64,000 bases of DNA, taken from positions 3,808,001-3,872,000 of the forward strand of contig OZ245006.1 in NCBI GenBank assembly GCA_965223545.1. The letters run 5' to 3'. Source of the stretch: Planctomycetota bacterium (GTDB taxonomy: Bacteria; Planctomycetota; UBA1135; UBA2386). The position numbers and the translations under genes are program-made. The number at the start of each line of letters is the position of its first letter. The first letter of the stretch is position 1. Shown here in pieces: positions 18,828 to 27,024 of this stretch. A model generated the notes under the pieces. It searched no databases. It was not told where the DNA came from and saw nothing but the letters and a program-made list of their open reading frames with translations.

Positions 18828-21722
18828 GTGCGCGCACCCCTCGTCGCCGTGATCGTCCTCGCCGTCGCCGTTGCGGCGGCGGCCCTGCTGCTGACCCGCG
18901 AGGACCCGGTGGCACCGGCGGGCATGCCGGCGGCGCCGGCGCCGGCCGCGGACGACGCGGCGATGCGCGCGCTCACCGACGACACCGTCGCGCCCGGCGA
19001 TCGCAGCGCGGTGGCGCGCGCCGCGGCGCCGGCCACCGCCGACACCGCGGCCGGCACCGTCACTCTGTCCGGCCGGCTGGTGCAAGCCAACGGCGAGCCG
19101 CTCGCCGATGCCAACTTGCGTTTTGGCCCGCGCATCGATCTGCCGACGGAGGGCGCGAACACCACGACGGACCGCACCGATACAGCCGGCCGATTCGCGC
19201 TGACCGTGCAGGCCGGCCGCGCCGGGCAGCTGCAGCTGGACGACGGCGCACACGTCTTTGCCGACGCCTCCGATCGCGGGCTGGCGATCGAAGCGATGCA
19301 GGGGAATCGCGACCTGGGCGACCTCGCCGTCGTCACCGGTGCAGCGGTGCACGGCACCGTGCGCGACGCGGTGGGACGCCCCCTGGCCGAAGTGACGGTC
19401 TCGATGAGCCGCGATGGTCCCCTCGCCGGGGTGGGTTTCGGCCGATGGCAAACCGAATCGGCAGCCGATGGCACCTTCGCCTTCCGCGCGCTCTACGCGG
19501 GCGACTACCGGCTGTCGACGGCGTCGCCGCGGCATCTGCCGGCGTCGCAGTCGGTGGCCCTCGCGGCCGGCGAGACGCGCCGCGATCTCGTCCTCGCCCT
19601 GAGCGAGGGCAGCTCGATCGCGGGCGTCGTCGTGGACGACACCGGCGCCCCGATCGCCGACGCCTCGGTCGGCGCCTTCCGCCAGCGCGCGCTGGGCGAG
19701 AGCGGCGAGATCACGTCGCTGTCTGCCGACGAGTCGGTGCGCACCGATGCCAACGGCCGCTTCTCGCTCGGCGGCCTCGAAGACGCCCCGGTCACCGTGC
19801 GCGCGAGTGCGGCGGCGCACGCCGCCAGCAGCGCCAGCGGGGTACGACCCGGCACCGCCAACGTCACGCTGACCCTGGCGCGCCTGGCGACGGTGCGCGG
19901 TCGGCTCGTCGATCGCGCCGGTTCCCCGATCGAAGGCAGCAGCATCTCCGCCGAACCCGCGGCGGACGGCGCGTCGGGGCTGCGGCTGCTGCGCTCCTCC
20001 GCGCGCACCGACGCCGCGGGGAGCTTCGAGCTGACCGACGTGGCCGCCGGCTCGGTGATCATCACCGCGACCGGCAACGACCACGTCGCCGTGAGTTCGG
20101 CCCCGACGCAAGTGAGGCCCGGTGAGAGCGTCGACGGGTTGCGACTGGTGGCGGATCGCGGTGCCACCCTGGCGGTGCGCGTGGTCGACACGCACGGGAC
20201 GCCGGTCGCCGGCGCCGACGTCGTGGTGCGCGAGCCCCCGCCGCGCGCGGCACCGGGAGGTGCGCAGATCGCCTCGCGCAGCATCCGTCGCCGCGTCGAG
20301 AGCGGCGACGAGGAGATCTCGTTCGACGATGGTGGTCCGCGCCGCCTGGGGACGGCGACCAGCGACGCCGACGGCTGGGCGCGGATCGGTGGGCTCCCCG
20401 CCGGTGCTGCGGTCGCGTCGGTCGCGCACCCGGACCACGCGCCGTCGAGACCGCACGACGTGGAGATGCCGGCCGCCGGCGTGCTCGAGGTGTCGCTGGC
20501 GCTGCGCGAAGCCGGCATCGTGCAGGTCACCGCCGTGGACGCCGACCATCAGCCATTGGCCAGCGCCGATGTCGTCCTCACTCCCGCCGACGCCAACGGC
20601 GATGACACCAGGTACGACGGCACGACCGACGACGCCGGCGTCGTCGAAATCCGCTCGCTGCCGGCCGGGCGCTACGTCGCCGCGCTGCGCCGTCCGAGCC
20701 GACCGATCTCGGTCGGCGGAGCCTCGATCATGATGGTGGACGGAAACACGACGAGCTACGAAGCCTCGCGCGCCGATGTCGCCGTCGAGGCCGGGGAGAC
20801 GTCCTCGGTCACCTTGGTGCGCCCGGTGCTGACCACGGTTCAGGGTGCCCTGCGCGACGCGGAAGGTCCGGTCGCCGGCGGCAAGGTCGAGATCGCGCGC
20901 GCCGACGCGCCCACCATCCAGGGCCTCGGCGGCAGCGCCAACAGCGCGGTCACCGACGCCGCCGGCCGATTCACCGTCGATGGCCTCACTGCGGGCAGCT
21001 ACCGCATCCGCTTCGGCCGCCGCGGCCAAGTCGTCTTGGCCGAGCAAGAGCTGACGTTGGCGGGCGAGCGCTTCGTCGAACGCGACCTGGAGCTCAACGG
21101 CGGCAGCGTCACGATCGCCGTGCTCGATGCCGAGGGTACGCCGCTGCGGCGCGCCACCGTGAGCCTGCGGCGCGCCGGCGAGGACGCCACCTCCACCAGC
21201 GGCCCGCGGCGCACCGGCGCGGTGATGGTGATGATGAGCACCGCCGGGGGGTCCGACGGGAGCGAGACCACGATGACGCTGGGCGGCGGTCCTCCTTCGG
21301 TCAAGACCGACGCCGATGGCCGCGCCACCGTGCGCGACGTGCCGCCCGGTGTGTACACCGTCGCGGTGAGCCACTCCCGCCACCAACGCAAAGAGCTCGA
21401 GGCGATCGAAGTGCAAGCGCAGGGGGAGCACGACCTCGGCGGCGTCCAGCTGTCCGGCGCCGGCGCGATCAGCGGCACGATCGAGGTCGCCGACGGCGAC
21501 GTGCCACTGGTGACCAACGTGCAGGCAAAGCGCGCCGACGGAACGGGGGAGCCGCAGACGTCCATGGCCATGCGCGGCGCGTTCCGCTTCGAGGGACTGG
21601 GTCCCGGGCGATACGAGCTGCGCGCGCGACCCGTGGGTCCCAACGCAGCGCAGGAGTGGGGCGCGCCCGAGATCGTCGAGGTCGAAGCCGGCCGCTCCAG
21701 CCGCGTCACCCTGCGGCTCTGA
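18828..21722 (+). CDS. Membrane-anchored protein with tandem carboxypeptidase-regulatory-like domains
   Basis: GTG start after AAGGA; N-terminal TM; repeated GxVxDxxGxPhAxAxV...TDAxGRFxh...GxYxh modules. Confidence 0.88.
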   Translation: MRAPLVAVIVLAVAVAAAALLLTREDPVAPAGMPAAPAPAADDAAMRALTDDTVAPGDRSAVARAAAPATADTAAGTVTLSGRLVQANGEPLADANLRFGPRIDLPTEGANTTTDRTDTAGRFALTVQAGRAGQLQLDDGAHVFADASDRGLAIEAMQGNRDLGDLAVVTGAAVHGTVRDAVGRPLAEVTVSMSRDGPLAGVGFGRWQTESAADGTFAFRALYAGDYRLSTASPRHLPASQSVALAAGETRRDLVLALSEGSSIAGVVVDDTGAPIADASVGAFRQRALGESGEITSLSADESVRTDANGRFSLGGLEDAPVTVRASAAAHAASSASGVRPGTANVTLTLARLATVRGRLVDRAGSPIEGSSISAEPAADGASGLRLLRSSARTDAAGSFELTDVAAGSVIITATGNDHVAVSSAPTQVRPGESVDGLRLVADRGATLAVRVVDTHGTPVAGADVVVREPPPRAAPGGAQIASRSIRRRVESGDEEISFDDGGPRRLGTATSDADGWARIGGLPAGAAVASVAHPDHAPSRPHDVEMPAAGVLEVSLALREAGIVQVTAVDADHQPLASADVVLTPADANGDDTRYDGTTDDAGVVEIRSLPAGRYVAALRRPSRPISVGGASIMMVDGNTTSYEASRADVAVEAGETSSVTLVRPVLTTVQGALRDAEGPVAGGKVEIARADAPTIQGLGGSANSAVTDAAGRFTVDGLTAGSYRIRFGRRGQVVLAEQELTLAGERFVERDLELNGGSVTIAVLDAEGTPLRRATVSLRRAGEDATSTSGPRRTGAVMVMMSTAGGSDGSETTMTLGGGPPSVKTDADGRATVRDVPPGVYTVAVSHSRHQRKELEAIEVQAQGEHDLGGVQLSGAGAISGTIEVADGDVPLVTNVQAKRADGTGEPQTSMAMRGAFRFEGLGPGRYELRARPVGPNAAQEWGAPEIVEVEAGRSSRVTLRL

Positions 21723-21727
21723 GCATT

Positions 21728-21781
21728 TCGAGGTCCGGCATCTCGAGGTCCGGCAGCTCGAGGCCCGGAATCTCGAGGCCC
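21728..21781. repeat. 15-bp tandem repeat, about 3.6 copies
   Basis: tcgaggtccggcatc / tcgaggtccggcagc / tcgaggcccggaatc / tcgaggccc, just after the stop codon at 21722. Confidence 0.85.
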
Positions 21782-21993
21782 CGCTCCGCCCGGCCGGGCG
21801 GAAGGTGTCCCCGCCAGCGGCCGCGGCTGCTGGCGGGGACGGAGGAATCTCCTCCTTCTGGGCACCATTCCGCCGGACCGTAGCAACCATCCTCTTTGTA
21901 GCCCGGGGTTTGGAGCCCAACGGACGGGCCTCGGCGGCCGCCGTTTGGAGAAAGAGCGCGTTGGCGCGCAATCACGCCATCCTGAGCAACGGA

Positions 21994-22026
21994 GGATTCC
22001 GCACCTGACGGACGCGGATTCCGCAC
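21994..22026 (+). promoter_or_regulatory. Direct repeat GGATTCCGCAC x2 with 22-bp period; candidate activator site
   Basis: Exact 11-mers at 21994-22004 and 22016-22026, about 70 bp upstream of the methyltransferase ATG. Confidence 0.55.
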
Positions 22027-22093
22027 GTTTTTTCACTCTCGGCGGGACAGTGTGGCCGCTGGGCGCGCGCGCCTGCGCACAGAAGGCACGACC

Positions 22094-22912
22094 ATGAACG
22101 ACTCGCAGCTCGCAACGAACGTCCTGCCCGCCAACGAGAAGGCGGCCCACACCTGGAGCAACGGCGGCGCCGCGTACGATCGCATCAGCCGCCAGATCGC
22201 CGATGCCATCGAGCATTGCGTCGATCGAATCCGCCTTCCGCCCGGTGCCCGCGTGCTCGACGTCGCGACCGGCACCGGCTGGACCGCGCGCCGCCTCGCC
22301 GCCCGCGGCCACTCCGTGGTGGGGGTCGACTTCGCCGCCGACGTGTTGGCCGCCGCCCGCTCGCTGTCGCCGGACACCGCGATCGACTACCGGGTCGCCG
22401 ATGCCGAGGCCCTGCCGTTCGAGGACGACTCCTTCGACGCGGTGGTGTCCACCTTCGGCGTGATGTTCTGCGCGCGGCCGGAGCGGGCCGCCGCCGAGCT
22501 CGCCCGGGTCTGCAAGCCCGGCGGGCAGCTGGCGCTGGCGACCTGGGCCACCGAGGGCGGCATCCGCGACATGTTCTCCGTCATCGTGCGCTATCTGCCG
22601 GGCCAACGCGGACCCGATCCCAGCCCCTTCGCCTGGGGCGATCCCGAGCGGCTGCGCGCACTGTTCGGCACCGCGTTCGATGTCGGAATCGAGACCGCCA
22701 CTTCGTGGTTCCGCGCCGACGACGGCGAGGACGCGTTCCAGCAGTTCGCCACCGGCTACGGCCCGGTCGTCTCGCTGCTGCAGTCACTGGAGCCCGAGCG
22801 CGTCCAGCAATTCCACCGGGACTTCGTCGCCTTCCACGAACAGTACCGGACCGAGCTGGGGATCTTGGTTCCGCGGCCCTACGTCATTACCGCCGGGAAG
22901 TGCGGGGTCTGA
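22094..22912 (+). CDS. Class I SAM-dependent methyltransferase (UbiE-like)
   Basis: RVLDVATGTG, VGVD, ADAEALPFEDDSFDAVVSTFGVMF, ELARVCKPGG. Confidence 0.93.
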   Translation: MNDSQLATNVLPANEKAAHTWSNGGAAYDRISRQIADAIEHCVDRIRLPPGARVLDVATGTGWTARRLAARGHSVVGVDFAADVLAAARSLSPDTAIDYRVADAEALPFEDDSFDAVVSTFGVMFCARPERAAAELARVCKPGGQLALATWATEGGIRDMFSVIVRYLPGQRGPDPSPFAWGDPERLRALFGTAFDVGIETATSWFRADDGEDAFQQFATGYGPVVSLLQSLEPERVQQFHRDFVAFHEQYRTELGILVPRPYVITAGKCGV

Positions 22913-22915
22913 TTT

Positions 22916-22963
22916 GGTTTCCTAAACCGGAGGTCACAGGTTCGAATCCTGTCGGGCGTACCA
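22916..22963 (+). pseudogene. 3' half of tRNA-Arg(CCT); probable att-site duplication
   Basis: GGT-TTCCTAA-ACC anticodon arm, ACAGG-TTCGAAT-CCTGT T-arm, CGGGCGT-A-CCA end. No D-arm or 5' acceptor strand upstream, where the methyltransferase lies instead. Confidence 0.88.
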
Positions 22964-23039
22964 CTGCCTCTCGATGTCACGAGATGTTCGTCGGAATCTA
23001 ACGTGTCCGCAGGCGTTGGCTTGTGCCGGTCATGATCAT

Positions 23040-23166
23040 TGGCGTCGTCATCACCCGTCGCCTCGAGCGCAGCGGCCATCTGCTCGATCTCGACGTGCGT
23101 GTAGCTGTTCATCGTCAGCTCGATCGTCGAGTGGCGGGCGAGCTTCTGGGCGACGCTGGGATGCAC
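23040..23166 (-). pseudogene. Tyrosine recombinase/integrase C-terminal remnant
   Basis: VHPSVAQKLARHSTIELTMNSYTH (box II His and catalytic Tyr), pointing toward the tRNA fragment. Confidence 0.8.
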
Positions 23167-23305
23167 GTACACCCCGGTGCGAGCCGAGGAGATACCGTGC
23201 TTGCGCGTTCCGCGCCGTTTCGTTGGCGCTGAGTTCGTTGATGAGGCCGTAGACCTCCTGGTAGGGCGTGCCCGCGGCGATCGCTACCGAACGGCAGACG
23301 CTATC
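23167..23305 (-). pseudogene. Frameshifted fragment of a probable phage hypothetical gene
   Basis: DSVCRSVAIAAGTPYQEVYGLINELSANE / RRGTRKHGISSARTGVY, with a one-base shift near 23220. Family resemblance is from memory only. Confidence 0.45.
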
Positions 23306-23309
23306 TCGC

Positions 23310-23810
23310 TAGTCACGACGTTCTTCTCGCGGCAACCCTCGCACAAGTCGCGCGCCCACGTGAGGTCGTTAGGACGGAAGCCGCTTCCGCTCTCACCACC
23401 GCAGATGAGCCAGTGGATTCCGCGGAGCTCGAGGGCGGGCGCCAGCGGCCCGAGCGCCGGCTGGTAGCTCACGAAGCGGACGATGGCAGGGATGTCGCGC
23501 GGGTAGTCCGCGCCCTCGACGACGCGCTCGTCCTCGATCGACGTACCGAGCCAGACGTTCGGCCAGCCGCTACTCCAGTCGCTGGGCAAGAACTTGGCGA
23601 TGTTCTCTGGGCGCTTCGTCAGGATCTGCCAATCGAGCTGCGTGGCGCGGATGAGATCGAAGAGCTCGCGCCGCCACTCTCCCACGGCGGGATGATCTTC
23701 GAAGATGTCGGCCAACGACGCGCAGAAGACGCGCTCGGCGTAGCCAGCCTTGCGAGCGGCGCGCGCCCACGTGACGGGCTTCTTCCAGTTCGTAGCGCTC
23801 GTGCGCTTGG
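23310..23810 (-). pseudogene. DUF5131 (phage Gp37/Gp68-like) remnant
   Basis: RVFCASLADIFE, WQILTKRPEN, NVWLGTSIE, RFVSYQPALGPL, WLICGGESG. The N-terminal Cys motif and the normal C-terminus are missing. Confidence 0.82.
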
Positions 23811-24065
23811 CGCTGGCGCTCGGGGAGCGGCGAGGTTCCGCCGATGCCGTGGGTCGCGATCCGCGAGACCGCGTTCGCCAAATCCATCCAGGATCCGCTG
23901 GCCTCGAGCTCGTCTTGCCTCGTCGGGGCGTCAGCAACGTTTGGCGGGTTGATCATCCGTCTCTAGCTCGCCGAGTTCGGCGGCGGAGGCCGCCGAGCTC
24001 GCCCACGTGGGCCTGGTCCCCGGGGTACGGCCCGCACCGGGCCCCGCCCTCCGAACCCGGAAGCC

Positions 24066-24094
24066 TTGCCCCTTCCGTCTCTTCAGAGTAAATT
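24066..24094 (+). promoter_or_regulatory. Candidate sigma70 promoter TTGCCC-N17-TAAATT
   Basis: -35 at 24066-24071, -10 at 24089-24094; ATG follows 8 nt later with no SD. Confidence 0.5.
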
Positions 24095-24102
24095 TCCGAG
24101 TA

Positions 24103-25458
24103 ATGGACGTGGCGGAACTACTGACGAGGCACGAGGGCAAGACGCTCGAGTTCAAACGCGACGCCAGCTCCTCCGGTCCGATCCTCAAGACCCTGTCCGC
24201 GTTCAGCAATACGGCCGGCGGAACGCTGGTGCTCGGCGTGCGCGATCGCACGCGCGAAATCGTTGGGGCCACGGATCCCCTCGCGGTGGAGGAGCAGATC
24301 ATGAACATCGCGGCCGACGGAATCCGGCCGCAGATCCTGCCCGAGGTCGAGATCGTGTCGTACCGCAAGGTGTCGCTCGTGGTGGTCAAGGTCTTCCCGG
24401 GGCCTCGCCGGCCCTACTACGTGGCGAGCCTCGGGCGCGACGCAGGGACCTTCGTGCGGGTCGGCTCGACCAACCGGCGTGCTTCCCCCGAGCTCCTGGC
24501 GGAGCTCGAGCGAACGTCACGCAACGTCGCCTTCGATGAGGAGCCGATGACCGAGCTCACGGCCGACGACCTCGACCTCGATCTGGCCCGCGCGCGCTTC
24601 GCGGACCGCAAGAAACTCGACTCACGGGATCTCCTGGCTCTGAACGTGCTCACTCGCCACGGTCGCCGCCAGGTCCCGACCGTCGGCGGCGTCGTCCTGT
24701 TCGGCCGCGATCGTCTGCGGCACTTCCCCGACGCACGCATTCGCCTGGCACGGTTCCAGAGCACAGACCGTGCGTCGATCACCGACCGGGTCGAAGCGGA
24801 GTCGGATCCTGTCCAGGCGATCGAGGAGGCCCTAGCGTTTCTGCGAAGAAGCACGGCTCTGGGCATGACCGTCGAGGGGGCGCGTCGACGCGACCTGCCG
24901 CAGTATCCACCCGTGGCGCTGCGGGAAGCGGTCATCAACGCGGTCGCGCACGCCGACTACTCGCAGGTCGGTAGCCCGATCCGGATCGCCGTGTTCGACG
25001 ACCGCGTCGAGATCGAGAACCCGGGCCTGCTGCCGTTCGGCTTGACGATCGAGGAGATGCAGCGCGGCGTGTCGAAGTTGCGCAACCGCGTGATCGGGCG
25101 GGTGTTCCACGAACTCGGTCTGATCGAGCAGTGGGGCAGCGGCATCCGCCGCATGACCGAGGCTTGCGCGGACATGGGGCTCTCGGCGCCGACGTTCGAG
25201 GAGCTCGGTACCTGCTTCAGGGTCACGTTGCGCGCCGGCACGCAACGTGTGCGTTCACCTGAAGGAACGGCGGGCCGGATTCTCGACCTGCTGGCGGATG
25301 GAGGCGAGCGCTCGACGGCGAAGATCGCGGCGGCTCTCGGAGTGACGCCGCGCACGGCCAGGACCCACCTCAAGCGACTCGTCGAAGATGGGCTCGTCGT
25401 CGAAATCGGGCATGGCAAGACGGACCCGACCAAGGTCTATCGAATCGTCGCGAGCTGA
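24103..25458 (+). CDS. AlbA_2 (Schlafen-like) + HATPase_c_4 (RecG-C-like) + winged-HTH protein
   Basis: EGKTLEFKR, AFSNTAGGTLVLGV, FVRVGSTNR; YPPVALREAVINAVAHADY, RVEIENPG, LRNRVI, EQWGSGI; C-terminal HTH. Confidence 0.9.
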   Translation: MDVAELLTRHEGKTLEFKRDASSSGPILKTLSAFSNTAGGTLVLGVRDRTREIVGATDPLAVEEQIMNIAADGIRPQILPEVEIVSYRKVSLVVVKVFPGPRRPYYVASLGRDAGTFVRVGSTNRRASPELLAELERTSRNVAFDEEPMTELTADDLDLDLARARFADRKKLDSRDLLALNVLTRHGRRQVPTVGGVVLFGRDRLRHFPDARIRLARFQSTDRASITDRVEAESDPVQAIEEALAFLRRSTALGMTVEGARRRDLPQYPPVALREAVINAVAHADYSQVGSPIRIAVFDDRVEIENPGLLPFGLTIEEMQRGVSKLRNRVIGRVFHELGLIEQWGSGIRRMTEACADMGLSAPTFEELGTCFRVTLRAGTQRVRSPEGTAGRILDLLADGGERSTAKIAAALGVTPRTARTHLKRLVEDGLVVEIGHGKTDPTKVYRIVAS

Positions 25459-25606
25459 CGACCTACCGCGATGCCATCGCCTCGATCAACTCCACGATTG
25501 CTCGACGCGCTGCAGCAGTCATTCCCGACCAGGCCCGCGCGATGCGATCGAGCTCATCGCAGCCTTCCGTTGCGGTGCCCTGGAGTGCCTTGAGGTGCTT
25601 GCAGCA

Positions 25607-25672
25607 TGGACCAGCTGAGGGACAAGCCTCCGGGTTGCCATGCTGCACATCCTTGTCACGCAGAAGGTTGTG
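25607..25672 (+). repeat. Degenerate direct repeat, copy 1 (att-arm-like)
   Basis: TGGACCAGCTGAGGGACAAGCCT...CCTTGTC...TTGTG, colinear with 30096-30161. Confidence 0.6.
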
Positions 25673-25926
25673 TCCGAGCGAAGTCCCGGTCGCCGTCGAA
25701 CCGGAGCCGCACCTCACCACCGATGTAGAGGTGGGGTTCAGTCAGCTCGTCGCGTGAGCCGAGTTCACCATCGAGAGCCCGCACGATGATCTCCGACAGC
25801 GTGCGGCCGACCACCTTCTTGAGTGCGCCGACGACGCTTCGATCGAGGTCACCCATCTCGATCAGGCCCCTGAGGCAACCGCTCGACGAACCTGTAGCAC
25901 GCACCAACGGCTGGGACATCCTCGAC

Positions 25927-26346
25927 AGCGCGGTGATCCTGGCGATTGGGTGTGCGGCGTTGATCGAGGCCACGGGCGCGCAGACAGCGGTGCAGCGTCG
26001 AGAGCGACGGGAGCTCGCCGCCTTTTCTTACGGCTCGAAGCTCGGCGATCGGCGATCAGCCCCGGGCCGTTGAGCGCCGGTCTCGCCTCGGCGAGATCGG
26101 TGATCGCGACGGCGAGGTCGTCGTCGATTCTGCGGCTGTGACCCTGATCGCGGCGACGCTTGTCCTCGAGCCCGACGAGGCCATCGCGGCGGTACCGCAT
26201 CAGCCAGTCCTCGATGGTGCCGAAGCCGATGATCGTCTGGCCACGTCGCGGATGCTGATGAGGCTTGGCTGCGATGCGGCGGATCTCACGCTTGAGAGCG
26301 CCGCGCGGGCCATCGATCGAGAGCAGCGGTGCGATATCTCGTACCG
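25927..26346 (-). pseudogene. N-terminal remnant of a DDE (IS481/Mu-like) transposase
   Basis: IAPLL...TIEDWLMRYRRDGLVGLEDKRRRDQG...PSLSTLHRCLRARGL; frameshifted by a 7-bp duplication at 26044-26057 and truncated before the DDE core. Confidence 0.75.
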
Positions 26347-26398
26347 TGACCACCGGCGGCAACTTGGAACCGGGATTACGCGGCTCCCTACAAGGATT

Positions 26399-26743
26399 TC
26401 AGGCATGGCGGCCAGATTGCTTGAACTCCACCCGGAAGGCCTGCTCACCGAAGCTCTCGAACGTGTGTGCTCGGACCTCGACCGTGCCGTCGTCCACGAC
26501 CATCCGGCGATTCCTCCGAAGGAGCGCAACGAGCTCGTTACGCAGACCGGTCGCGTCATTGGCGCTCAGGCATGCGATCAGGACGCCGAAGGCGCCCTTC
26601 ATGGCCACGACCTCTTCGTGGCCGTCTCGGTACTCGACCTCCAACGCGTCCGCACCGACGCAGAGCGCCTCCGACACGAGCTGTTCGAGCCCCAGCGGCC
26701 TCGCGTCCGCGTCTTCTGGTTGGCTCAACACGCGTGAGATCAT
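26399..26743 (-). CDS. Hypothetical protein, about 114 aa
   Basis: Globular-looking sequence GADALEVEYRDGHEEVVAMKG...FESFGEQAFRVEF; start uncertain. Confidence 0.6.
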   Translation of the reverse strand: MISRVLSQPEDADARPLGLEQLVSEALCVGADALEVEYRDGHEEVVAMKGAFGVLIACLSANDATGLRNELVALLRRNRRMVVDDGTVEVRAHTFESFGEQAFRVEFKQSGRHA

Positions 26744-26865
26744 CCGGCTATCCAAGGTCACCTTGCAAAGGGGACACCGCGTCTTGCTGAACAGCGATTT
26801 GGGGCGGCCGACCGTGGGAGCCGCGGGCCATGGCTTGCCGACCGCCCCGAAGCCCCACGCAGCTA

Positions 26866-26898
26866 TGCACACAACTAAACCCCAGGTTGAGATTCGTG
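26866..26898 (+). promoter_or_regulatory. Second, degenerate copy of the abiE promoter/operator
   Basis: 25/33 ungapped identity to 28525-28557. Confidence 0.6.
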
Positions 26899-27024
26899 TC
26901 AAGGCAAGGAGCAACCGGCACCGGCCGCCGCCTGCAGCCATTCGTTGTGTGCAAGTCTATGCTGGCACAACGCCTTGTCGTGCGCTACGGTCTCCACAAC
27001 ACAACATCCGGAGGAACCAACCGC

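Noticed and set aside
21728..21781. Possible CRISPR array
   Set aside because: 15-bp units are contiguous with no spacers, and no cas genes are in the window.
18708..21971. N-terminal 1088 aa of the 1559-aa minus-strand ORF
   Set aside because: Antisense shadow of the carboxypeptidase-regulatory-like gene; only the part from 18707 down is aminopeptidase P.
22890..22963. Complete tRNA-Arg gene
   Set aside because: No 5' acceptor strand complementary to CGGGCGT and no D-arm; the upstream sequence is methyltransferase coding DNA.
25656..25973. 105-aa minus-strand ORF inside the island
   Set aside because: Overlaps the transposase remnant and repeat copy 1; no recognisable motif or start, so probably a chimeric remnant.
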